This document shows positions 33,376 through 46,400 of a DNA stretch of 64,000 nt, piece after piece. The stretch is from Trichoplax adhaerens. Taxonomy: Eukaryota; Animalia; Placozoa. Where the stretch lies: contig NW_002060950.1 of the NCBI RefSeq assembly GCF_000150275.1, forward strand, positions 420,046 through 484,045. Reading direction: 5' to 3'. Position 1 is the stretch's first letter; every line of letters starts with the position of its first letter. Below the pieces are notes generated by a model, which worked only from the letters and a program-made list of their open reading frames with translations, searched no databases and was not told the origin of the DNA. A program made the position numbers and the translations under genes.

Positions 33376-34849
33376 ATATACAGTAAGTGTATATCGTACA
33401 CTGACGTTGTGTACAATATTGTATACTGTAGTAGGACAGCAAAGTCTTTTGTAAACCATCTGTAATTTGCAAGTCGGCCCCTTGACAACGCATTTATAAC
33501 AATAAAAGGCTGAAATGAGACATAATGTCGCTTTAGATCGCAGACTGGGCTTTATTAGTTCCTGGAAATGGGTTATACCGGATGCTGTGACCATCTATCT
33601 GTGACGATTGTATACAGAGACTCTCTTTTAACTATTTAACATTTTATTTATTATCTGAACTATGCACGAGTATGCAGCATGATATTATTTCAATTACTGT
33701 TGCTATCAATTTATACCGGAGTCCTGCAATACTGGTACACATATTGTTATGTGCCGTAGACATAAAATAAAATATATTTTAGTACATACTGTACAGTTCA
33801 ATAGCCAAAAGGGCTGGGGAGGGGATATTGGGTAATTATGTATGTGTAGTTCAAATCGAATTGAAAGTGAGGAAATAGCACTCTGCCTAGTATTCTTTTT
33901 TGATTTCCTGTGCTGTCAGTAATTTTCTTTTTGGCACAGCGGTCCTCTTTGATCACTCCTATATTTCTGTATTTCTATTTTGTACTAACTGGATTAACGA
34001 ACGACCTTGACAGGTGGTGATACCCTTTGACGAGACTAATCACCTATCACCGGATTCAGCATATAATAATTATTAATTAATTTTAATGTCGACTTGGGGT
34101 AAATTACAGAACCAAGTTTACAATTTTATAGCTTCCAAGTTTATGAATCTATTTAAATTCACCGTAATAGTTTTTTGTACAGTATCTAAATGAGTTTTTT
34201 TTCGTGTTCGACTGTTGTGACTATCTGATTGTGAGCACTGGATTGCACCCTAGGTGTACAGCATTGTACGATCAAGGACTAATAGCTTGTCAACCCATAT
34301 TGATCACTATACTGCACGTATCAGAGAAAGGCATTTTGACGAACTTGACAGCCGTGGCCCGATTTTGGCCCTTGTGCACAGCAGGCCCTCCGTAAATAAA
34401 AATAACACCTTGCCTTTATAATAAACGGAACGCCTAGTGCAAAGCATGCTTATTCAAGGTCAACAATAAGTAATTATGATATTTTTCATAGAAATGGCAG
34501 AATCACTGAGATACATTTAGTAAAATTAGGTAGACGCAGTACATCAATCTTTGATAAAAGCAAAGTAATGCCACCACATCGTTAATGCCTACAGTGTCTA
34601 TCTCTAGAGCGAAATGGTAGGATTGGGATCGGTCATTAGCATTAGCCCATTCGACCATTTGACCGTAGAAAAAGGGAAACATTGGAAACATTTGATGGGA
34701 CAGATGTCAGACAGAATCCTAGGAATCTGGTATGCAGTGACATTGAACTTCTATCAACAAGCGATCTTTTGTTTCCTTTCTTTTTTTTTTCTTACCACCA
34801 TGACGAGCTACTTCGTAGTCATGCTCAATAGCTCAACAGCCGCTCCATA

Positions 34850-35745
34850 CGGTACAGTATCCACATTGCGACATCCAGTACAGTACAGTACAGTACTGTA
34901 AGCTTTACCATAGAAAGTGAATAGTAAATGTTATACTGTACTGTACAGTACAGTACAAAGAGCTTTTTTGACCTCTACAGTACAGTCTGTCTGTACGTAC
35001 TGTACAGTACAGTACTGTACTGTACTGTATGTACTGTACTGTAGTTGTTTTTGACAGTACCGTACGGTTCTACGGTGGCCCAAAAGGGACAACTTTACTG
35101 TACTGTACTGTACAGTACAGTACAGTAGAATTCCCTTTTGTAAGAGGAAGTTTGCACGCTGTAGAGCATGTTTTTACTGTAACATGGTGGCCCTTCTCGG
35201 CCACCGTACTTTTGGGCCACCGTATTGTACAGTACTGTACACTTGAAGTGTACAGTGTACAGTACAGCTGTACAGACAGTACAGTACAGTACAGTACAGT
35301 ACAGTACAGTACAGTACACTGTAGAATTTGCACTCTGCTGTGCCGTAGAATTCTACTGTACACTGTAAAGTTGTCCCTTTTGGGCCACGGTAGTACCTAA
35401 CTTTCATTGCGTTGGTGCAACGTCTTACTCTTTGAATAATCGCATGAAATTTGAGGTACAGACTCTTAGAATAATGTATCATCGTTTAAGCTATTTACGC
35501 TGAGTATCTGAGTAATCGGGGTTATTGTGGCTGGGCCTAATGTACAGTAGTGTATACTGTACTGTACTTGTACAGTATATAGAGATCATAACGGTTGAAC
35601 CGAACCGAACCTTTCTCACGTCTAGTTACTGTAGTGAGATCAGTCCAGATCTTACAGTAACTACTGTAAGATAAGTCGTTATGGTCCGGTCCGATCCGGA
35701 CCAGAATCTGCAGAGTACAGTATTCTGAATACAGTACAGTACTGT
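34850..35745. repeat. TACAG/TACTG pentamer arrays around and inside the MITE, upstream of the alpha-catenin-like gene
   Basis: A pure (ACAGT)n run at ~35276-35317 plus mixed-orientation units on both sides. Confidence 0.9.
35073..35390. mobile_element. Tc1/mariner-type MITE (~318 bp) with TA target-site duplication
   Basis: Perfect 24-bp inverted repeat GTGGCCCAAAAGGGACAACTTTAC (35075-35098) / GTAAAGTTGTCCCTTTTGGGCCAC (35365-35388). Flanked by TA at 35071-72 and 35391-92. A third internal TIR-like copy (cttttgggccaccgta) lies at ~35209-35224. No coding capacity. Confidence 0.7.
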
Positions 35746-35943
35746 AAACCCAGGGTACAGCACGATGGATATCGGACGAAGAGGGGTACAGGATGGACAG
35801 CATGACGGAAATTTAGACTAGTGTACCTTTTCGACCCTCGAGCCCCGTCTGGTGACTGGCGACGCGATGCTGTGTTAAATTGACATTAACATTAACGATC
35901 AAATTCGTCGAATTTTTTACTCTTCACTGCCTTACTTAAGAAT

Positions 35944-38900
35944 ATGATGCACCAATCTCGAGTGATAGACCCATCCGAAGCTAAAACATTTTCTGCCGAT
36001 GCTGCATTACGCCCTTACTTTGATCAGGTAAATGAGGTAATAAGATCCCCCGTCCTTTCCTGAAATACACAATCATCAAAATAACGCTCCCTGCCGGGAT
36101 TCCGCTTCTAGTGGCTTAGCTGATCTCTATTCTGAACCTTTAATTAAAGGCAAAAATTAGGGCGAAAAAATGGCTTGTACAATATCAAATATGCTTTGTC
36201 TGTTATGATAATAATATCGCTTTCTACTATTTTGCTTAATCGCATTTCACAAATGAAGAAAATAAGAATTAATGTTAACATAATCAGCTGGATGCACGAC
36301 GACGATACTACACGGTATACTTGTACTACTTTATATTGTCATGCCGCTGGTTGGTATTAATCAACTCACTTCCATTTTGGATATTCTAATTTCAACGTAA
36401 TTATAGCGTTGTCCAGGAGTATCTGTGCCTATGAAATTCAGTTTGCTCTTATCACTTACCATCTCAGTTGATAATTAATTAGTACTTTCAATGCAATTCA
36501 ATCATAAACTCGTTAATCCCTCTCGGACAAAGGTAGTTTCGATATTTATCGATAGTACGCTAATTTCTGTTATGCCCAAAACTCCTTCTCTATATTTAAT
36601 TAATTAGCTTTGATAGATCATGGATGTAATCACGCTTTGGGACCATTTACTGTACAGTACGATAGACGAAATGCTTATATAACTCTCTAAACAATGTACA
36701 ATGAATAGTACAGAAACGATACAGAAGCTGGGATCAGAGTTGATCTAATTGATAATAACTGTAAATTAATTAGAATATTTTTAAAAGTCCACTCTTGCAA
36801 TATTTCATGACTAAGGGAGAAATAGTGCAACTAGTAGAGTAATAAGGAGTAAATGCACGACTGTAATTTTGAAGGATATCACGTTGAAAAAAAACTTTTG
36901 GTCTAGCTTGTAATACATCTTGTTTTAATGGCTACGGTAGTTTTCTTATTATTTATTTTTATTTATTATTTTTGTGTCAGTACCATTGATAAGGAATGGA
37001 TGATTATTTATACGGTACATTCTTGTTAGATTAGTAACAAAGTCATAAAATTATTTATGGCAATATTATGCCTTACTTTACCCATCATCGTGCTCTTCCA
37101 TTAAATCTGTACTGTGCAATTTGATTTGTCAACATATAAAATTCGACCTTAAATAATGATAATCCTCCCTTCAAAAGTCGATCCGTACAACTGTAGAATT
37201 ACGCCTATGTCTAGTATTAATCTAGAGAAAGGAGCTTTGATGACAATATTTGGGATAACTGTTATGACTGTATTTGACTGCAGTAATTTTAAAAACGCGT
37301 ACAGTAGAACGATGCTAGTTGGAATTGGCTAATTTAATGTCCCAATACCTTGCCTATTCGACATTAATAGCAAATTTTTTCACCAGAACAATGATTTAGT
37401 ATTACACCTTATGGTAGCATAGATTTGCTTATACTTTTGTAGGCGTATGACGTAACGCTGCATTAACCTACTGTACCAGCGATGAACAGCATTCCATTGC
37501 TTTGCTTGCGGCTATTTGACACATGATAGTTTAAGTTTTATATTACCTTTAAAATATTGATGTTTTATGGTAGTGTTACTCTCTTTTCAACAGTTGAAAG
37601 AACTTAATAGCCATGTTGCCAAGGCTAGCCGCCAAACTGGGCATTCCAAAGAAGCTGATGATCTAATTAAACTAGTTCATTTAGCTATCAATGAGCTAAT
37701 CGAACATGGGCAAATTGTGGCAAACGACAATCCTAAAATCGCCGATAGGGTATATCAAGCCTATGAAGAGCTTCATGATGCTGGATCTTGTTTACTAGCT
37801 GCAACGGAAAGTTTTGTTCATGAGCCAAGCTCACAAATTAAAAGGAGTGCTTTATTAAAGGCCGTTTTCAATCTGTACCCAATCTTGAATAAATTACTCT
37901 CAATTGCTGACATGGTTGATATCAGTAATTTGGTGAAAATGCTCCACGAGGTTAGATGGAACTCATTAGACTTAATAATATTTTGTGCTGTTATTACCAC
38001 TGAATACAAGTTAAACCGCTTTCAGTACCACACCGAATTATATTAGTGCTTATAACTGGGGTACGACGTAGTTTCTTATTTTGAGTCATGACATGCTATT
38101 ACATTGTACTCGTATATCTTAAATAAAATTACTCCTAATTAATCATCTCTATCGTCTACTATAACTAATATCGCTAATATTTTATCGCTATAGCTATCCT
38201 AGCGATATTGCTCATTAACCGTTTATATGACCCCAGCATTATATTATCCTTTTAAGTACAGTATAACTTCTGCCGTGTGATTTCGTTAACGATAGTCATA
38301 AATATTCGTTGTTAATGACATTGCGTTATTTTAAACTTTTTCTGTTGTCAGACTGATCATAGCAGATGTTATTCTTATTTCAAATGAATGCATTATCTAG
38401 CTGGAAGATCACTTGCAGCTAGTTCTCGATAGCCGAGACGAAAATTCGTTGGATCAGAATCTGGACAACTTTGCTTACCACTTGGACCAAGTCGATGATG
38501 CTGTTAAACGCCGTCAATTTGTAAGCTAAAGAAATATTATAATTAATCTTTATTCTTATTCTGTCTATGTCTGAAGTGTTCTTGATACAGTAAATATGAT
38601 TTAATAGAGTGTATTTTTTTCATAATCCTTATCAGTATGTTTATTTGAAAACTTTTTGATTTTTACTGATATTTGACGCAAAATGATAGGATCTAAAGGA
38701 TGAAGACAAGAAAGATCAGCTCTCAGCTGCTCGAGCTAACCTATTGACTGCTAGCCAATTACTAAACGTTGTATCAAAGGTAAGCGTAATGACCAATAAG
38801 AATATTTACCACTCTATTATTTAAAAATAACTAAGCAATTACAGACTGCATGTGATTTTTGCACACACTAGTGTTAAAAAAATATATATTCAGTAGAAGG

Positions 38901-41900
38901 TTGCCAAAATAACATCTCCATTCATTTATTTTTAAAATGATTATAGGCAATGATTATGGCAATCGTTAAGTAAGATTAAATTTTTCCATTTCGTGAAGCT
39001 AGTATAAAAAAGTATTTTCGATGCAGCTGTATTTTGTACGTTACTAAAGTTCTGTTTGATGTACCTTATTAATTGATGGACTATTTTGCTATTTTCATAG
39101 ACTCATTTCAAATATGAAAATTTGCCTCCGGCTAAAGCAAATTGCGCAGCTATTACGTCTGAAATTAGAGAGTTTGTCAATAGGATCGTTACTATTATTC
39201 AATCGCCCGTTGGCAACGAAGAATCGCCTATAGGAGAAACTGCGAGCGTAATTAAGAAGTTTAAGGTTTGATATAGGGAGTAATTAGAATCTGAGTGTTT
39301 ACTACAACAGATTTTATTTGCTTATGGAGTATTGCGATAAATCAATGTTTTGTTTTATATCTATCCAACAGAGCTATTTAGTTGGAAAAAAGGCAAATTC
39401 CTGTTCTGAACAGAGACTGTGTAGTCAACTTCAAGAATTACTTGAAAAGATTACTAACAATGCGACAATACTTGCTTGTTCAAGTTTTACCGGAGATAAT
39501 CGGCGAGAACACATTGTGTTGCTTTGCAAATCGCTAAATAAGACGCTTCAAATTTTGATAACTGAGTATCAGAAAGAGGTATGTAATAGTAATAATATTA
39601 TATTGTTATCGTCTTTACTTTCCTTGTCGGTTACTAAAAATAATGGGAAAATACTTCGAATGATTTATTTAAATAAGTTAGTGTTATTGCATTTCAACGG
39701 TTTAGTGAGTGCTTCTCTTTTGTACTTAATAAACTGAAAATTGATACAATGCAGATGGGTTATACCATTAACATAACGGATAAAAAGATAACCAAGGAAA
39801 ATATCAGACAAATTTCTGCCGATCTTGTCGAAACTGTTTATCATTTGGAATACGTTGTAAGTAATCAACTTCGAGATATTGAAGGATTCAACGGAATAAA
39901 ACAGTGTTAATGGATCATATATCCTTTCAATTTTGCAAGGACATTTTAGTATCTCTACAGTATTACAATACTTTCTTTATTTTACCCTTTAATACTTATT
40001 AGCTAAGAATAGCTGTAGCAGATCATGTCTCCGAAGCTCTGATTGCGGCCACGGTTCCACTTCAAGTATTAATTGATGCAGCGACGAATAAAAGTAATGA
40101 AGAACTAGAAAATTATGCCCAAAGTTTCAGTGATGACGCAGAAAGTATACTACAGGTAAAGTATAATGAGGTAACTAAACCTCATAAAATAACTAAATAT
40201 AATGAGTAAAATACTTCTACACTAATCTGCAAGCAGAATAACTATCTATAATAAAGTCTATTAAGTAAATACAATCGTGCTTAGGCTGGCGAGTTGGCTT
40301 GTGCTATTTCAACTAATGCAGAAGGTATCAAGCTTGTAAAATTAGCATCCAATTACGTCAGGACGTACCGTTTGCAGGTAATATTAAAAACTATATAAAT
40401 AAATAATGTACAGCTTACTGGATCGTGCGTGAATTCTGCCCTAGAAGTAATTTTCACACTTTTCGTTTGTATATTGTTATTGCGAAGGTCGTAAATGCGG
40501 CGGAAATTTGCTCTCAAGTGCCATCAGATATGACCGTTGAAAACAATATGGATAGATACAAGGAATTATGGAATAAATATATGAGAGCGCTAATTAGAGC
40601 AATTGACGAAATAACTAGCGTTGACGATTTTTTACTTGCTTCGCGTAAGTCTCTGAAATGGTCGAAAAATAATAATCTTAAAAAACTGATATAATTATGA
40701 CTAAAGAAAATACAGTCTGAAGTTCTACAGCATTTTGGGATTAACAAAGCACAATTTTGCTTCATTAATAGAATCACATATTCGTAAAGATTTGTCTGAA
40801 TGCGCTCGATTTATCGGAGAAGAGAATTATTATAAGCTAGATGGATACACGGTTGCAGTCTTACATCGAATGGAACGTGTGGAAGAAGTAGTATTAGAAG
40901 AAATGGATAATTTTCCTAATACCATTTATTCTGAACGTGTTAAGCGTGGCGTTGCTACACTAAAGGAATTGGGTATGTAGTTGAGCAATTATGCTGACTT
41001 TAAATTACTTTAGCACGTCTACATATCTGATCCGCTAGAGAAATCTGTAATAAAGTCTTTATACTGCTACTGAAAATAACGCTTACTTCTAACAATTTAA
41101 TTAGCCGATATATTTGGTAGCTACATGGATAAGATGAGTAAAAGTATGGAAGACCCAACCGTAGAAAAACCGGATGAAAATCTGCTACTAGAATTATGTA
41201 ACAAGGTTGTGTTTCATATACAATTAAGTCCTATCTACAACTTGAAAGCTAGCCCTAATTCTTTAGTAGCATCAATTAAAATAACTGATACAATTATATT
41301 AGATATATGAAGCTGTCCTGTTGCTCCGAAGATATGTATTACTTAATCGGGTGGGAAATGGACTTCTACGTTAGCGTAACGTAATTACGATGATTGAACT
41401 ATTTTAATCCATTCTTATATATTGTTAATAGCAACCAAATGATTATGAGTCAATTGATGAAGAAATAGATTCTGATGATCCATTCGTATCACTACCACTT
41501 TGTATGTATTAAACTTTGCGAATTACGTTAACTTGCCCGGGTTACTCAGTATGCGTAAATCATATATTTTAATTTAGCAATTGAAAATAATGGCGAAATG
41601 GTTAATATTCGTAAGAAGATTCCCACTACTAGGGTACGTATAAAGTATCCTATAAGATTTTGATACTATATTTCAAAGTTTAAAAATAATCTCTAACGGA
41701 GATATACTATTTCAGGCTGCATATCGATCATTGCCGATAGAGTCAAGATCGAGAATTGAGAATTTAAGTAGAGAGTTTAAAAGAGAAGAAATTCGACTGC
41801 AAAAAGAAATTTCACAGTGGACACATTCAAACCATCAAGCTATAAAATTTACTATGAGACTTTGTTTACTACTTTTAGATATATCGGAATTGGCAAGGTC

Positions 41901-42972
41901 ATTGATATAAATAAGTTTTACCACTTTGTTCTTAATGTTATTATCTAATCTTCTGTTCAATTTTGATTCTAAAAAACTTTTCATTTACAGGGGAGTGGGT
42001 CCGTTGAAAAGTGTTTCAGATCTTACATTTGCTTCTCAGGTGTTTCTCGATTACTTACATTTTAAATACTAATTGTTACCTAATTTAAATATAAGCTGTG
42101 TTAGAAATAGAAATTTTACAAAAGTTAATGGACATATATTTCGTCACTTGATTTTTGAGCATAGCGAGTTGAAGAAGTCGGATCACAATTTAATAGATTT
42201 GTATTAAAGATATCTGAAACGGTAAGAATTAGCTTAAGATAGACGTTTGAGAGTATTAATCCTACTACTATATGGAATTATTAGTTGTAGTTATATATCT
42301 AAATAAATTTTTGACTCTCCTTAGAACACTAGTAAAAGGACACACTCAGATTTGGTCAACCTAGTTCATAAAGTAACACTTTACTGTCAACAACTTAAAA
42401 AAGTATCGAATGATACCCGAGAAAATCATGAAGATCAACTCTTTCTATTGGCGGTTAGTACCACGCAGCATAGTATCTTATCATGATTTGTTGATGTTTA
42501 GATCTCTATAAAATGATGACCTTATCTACTCTATGACTACTGTAGTCTAAGGGAGGATCAGCTGTCATTGAATCATGCAAGAACTTAATGATGACAATAT
42601 TTCTAATACTGAAAATCTTCAGAAATGGTTACAATGGGGTAAGGAAAATATTTTAGTGCTAATGTTTATTTACGCATATGCTTCTAATAATTACTTATGT
42701 GCCGGTCTAATGAATGCTGTAGTAGTAGTCTCTAATATTTTGCACGCATTCTGTGCTCCTTAATCAATTTCCAAGCAATGAAAGTAGTATAAGTGTCACG
42801 AAATTCATTAGTGCAACACTCGATAGAACTACGCACATATTTGTATAATTATCCTCTAGCGCTGAATAATGTCAATTTCGTATCTTTTTGGCACGGTAGA
42901 AATCTTACTTTATTGCATTGTGTTTGCATATTTATTATCATATTGTAGGTTGACGATAAGCCAATTGATTAA
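35944..42972 (+). CDS. Divergent alpha-catenin-like protein, multi-exon
   Basis: Exon 1 MMHQSRVIDPSEAKTFSADAALRPYFDQ|gt (35944-36027). Later exons: LLSIADMVDI, DLKDEDKKDQLSAARANL, LRIAVADHVSEALIAATVPLQVLIDAA, CAISTNAEGIKLVKLAS, WNKYMRALIRAIDEITSVDDFLLAS, EEMDNFPNTIYSERV, GVGPLKSVSD, VTLYCQQL, VIESCKNLM. All are colinear with alpha-catenin. Terminal exon VDDKPID* (42949-42972) is the best guess. Confidence 0.88.
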
Positions 42973-43484
42973 GCTGATCGCGAAGGCCAGATACTTGATC
43001 ATTTGATGACAATGGCAAGATTGCAACCACTTTTATTCAGTATACCACAGTATATAGAAGTTGTGATCCTTTTTAAACGTATTCCTTTGTACAAAGATTC
43101 ACCGAAAACGTTACCCTCCGTAATGTTACCGTATATAGTATTGTGTATAGTGTAAAAGTAATAATTTATAAATACACTTAAAACTGGATTGTACTAACCC
43201 AAACCTGTAAATTAAAAGTAAGAATCATAGTGTATTGATATATATAAAGTGCTTTTGATTGGATGACTGTATGATGAGTTAACCTTAATGAAAGAATATT
43301 CCTAGTGTGATCTAAGTATTTCATCAATTGTCGTTGTAAATACATGTATTATACAGTAATATTTTTATGTTACTTGTGAAAAGAAGTTAGAAATTTATAT
43401 TAAAAGCTAATGCATCGTATATGGATAGAAATCTCCCAAGCTAATATTATACAGATTTTTTTCTTAGGAGTAGCCGATCCGATC

Positions 43485-46400
43485 TTATTCTAAAGCAACT
43501 TCTGCTAGTTCAGCTAAATGATGAGTTTCTCTTGTCTTTTGATTAGTCAGTTCATCATTTAAACGCCAGATTTGAATTTTTCCGTTTCCATCACCAGTTG
43601 CAAGTAATTGTCGCCTAATGAAAGAAAATTTGTTAGCTTTAACATAAATTCCTTTCACCGAAATAAATTACGAACTTATGAGATCAATAAATCATGAATT
43701 GAATACCTTTGCTTATTAAATTGTAATGAATAGACTGGACTCTTGTTATCATTTACGGCAAGGTTTATTACGGGATTGATCTTGCTAATCTACGAAAGAT
43801 ATTTCCTATTATATTATTAAAGATTTTAATAATACAACCTGCAAATCATTCTATGCAATACCTCTAAATCGTAAATGAGTAATGACCCTTCCGCTGTACT
43901 TGTAGCGAAGACCATGGGGCGTACTGGCGACCATTTAATGTTAAACATGAATCCATTGCCAGGTTCAAATGATAATATTGGTTTAGACTGTAATATTGTA
44001 TACAGATGGGCACTAGTATCCATTCCACAAGTAAGAAATAAGTTTCTATGATAAGGAGAACATTCAATCGAATAAACTGGGCCGTCATGATAGTGAAATG
44101 CGAAGGTTACTGGTGAAAATAGTGGAATACTATTGAGTCCAGTTACTGCATTTCTCTCAGAATTTAATGAACATTTGAAAACATTTCCGCTTTCACAGCC
44201 AATGACAAATAATGATTTGTCTTCATTGGAAAATGAAAACCCAGTAACTGAAATAAAAAACTCAATTTCAGATCGGCTTGATTTAGGTAAAAGAAGTGCA
44301 TTATATGAGAGTATTTAAATCTAATGATCCGATAAGCTGAATAGCTTAATTATTATACCGCCAATTTCAGCATTATCTTTGGCTTTGCTAATTCGTAAAC
44401 TCTTCGGAATATTATCAGTCACGACCACAAAACTATATAAACATATTTAATATTTAGTCATAGTTATTTTGAATATTCGAAATTATGAAGCACAAAAGAG
44501 TGCATTGAAAGCAAATAAAGTATGCATTGTAAAATTAACCCTTTCGTTAGCTTAAAATCCTGATTTTGCATATTAATTTGCCATACAAATATTTTTCCAT
44601 CCGTTGCAGAACTCATTAACTATACATGAGAAGAATATTGAATGAATGATTACTATTTTATTAAATTTAGACAAAGATCACACTAAATCATTTACCTGCA
44701 AGGCTTTGCTCTTAATGTTAGGATCATTGATCCATTTTATCTGATTGATATGAAAAATACAAATTACTCAGAATTTAATGAATGAGCTAATTTCTGAACT
44801 TATTTATTTATCAGTACATCATGCTTGACTAAACGATATATCTATATTACACTTGTCACAGGCTCTTGATGAGAATCATCACTAATTCCCGATCTTGCTA
44901 TCAACATTTCATCTTCACGACTGATATCCCAGACTTGCACCTCTCCTACCAAAAAAAGAGATACTTACAATAATCCTTCAGATAAATAAGTAGATATAAC
45001 AATCATAGAAGTTACCGTTAAATACGCCTCCGGCTATCATAGAGATTCTTTCAGGATGAAAATCGATTGATGTCAAACAACACTATTAATTAAGAGGAAT
45101 AGTTAAAGTGATATGGTGTTAACATTATAAAATTTGTAATAGAAGGGCAAGAATACTTTCAGTTAGTTATTGTAGTATTTCAATTCAATGTAACTTACTG
45201 AGACTTCAATAACAGTATCAGGCTTGCTTGAAATTATATTGTGTCGATCAATATTCCAGGTACAAAGGACGGACTAGTATTGAATTTATGCAAGTATCGT
45301 TGGTAAATCGGTAGATACGCGAATGAAATTTTTTAAAATACATTGATGAGTAAAGCATCAAATCACGCTATCTGAAATACTTTAATTACCTTATCGGTAC
45401 ACCAATCTTGATGGTCCAGTTTCCCGTAGCTACGATACGATTTTAAGTAGAATAGCTAACAAAATTATCTTAATCAACTAATTTACGAGAAACACTGTTA
45501 TAATAAAGGCAATTTAAGCAATAAAAGAAAGAATTAAGTGTTGATATTTATCTTCTGATTGGATACGCAACAGCAATAACTGATCCTATTGCATTCCATG
45601 ATAGATCTGTACATTGTAGCTGTTAAATAAGCATAAAGATAAACATATATGAATACTAAATAGTAAATAGAGTAATGTAACAAAGGAGGTTAAAAGCTGC
45701 AACTTTTACCTTATCATTTACTTCTGCATAACTTAATGTATGAAGACATTCGATGGCTTCCGCTTTTTCTTCCCAGTTAACATCGTAGCCTATTAGATAC
45801 GATGACAATTGCATAAAATTTACTTTAAGAAAATTTAATAGCTTATCTGTTAGTGTTACGTGAATGTGATAAGTCTGATTAATGAGAGAGTACCATCAAA
45901 GGCATGACTTTTGCTATTCTTATCGAGTTCCTCGCAAATAAGAGGAGTTGCATAACGCAGGAATTGCATCAGATTCTAAATAAATTAGTAAATATATAAT
46001 TACAGTTAATATAATAAGCTATATTATCATTCAGTTGAGATATAACATGTTGATCAACAAGTATATGAGATGAGACAACTTCAGATTGATCCGCGATAAG
46101 TTGAAATTGCGTTTCTTCCTCTTCTGCCTGAACCTTGAAATTTATACAAGAATATATTACCCTTGCGTTTTAATATAAGCGATATTAGATCAAGGATGTT
46201 ACACCTTAGATTAATATAATTTGCTATTATCAACATTGTTTCTCAAGGACTACGCATCTATAACTACTGCGTCTATTTCATACGACAATATTACATAGTC
46301 GCGTTTGATCTGAATATTATAAAGTAGATTAAAACAGCGTCGATATTTCAGACTCAGTATGGAGATAAATATGAAATATAGTCAGTAAGACCGAGATATT

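Noticed and set aside
45430-45566. WDR34 intron beginning GTATCC, a possible U12-type intron
   Set aside because: The donor is GTATCCAA rather than GTATCCTT and the branch site is only a weak match, so it cannot be supported.
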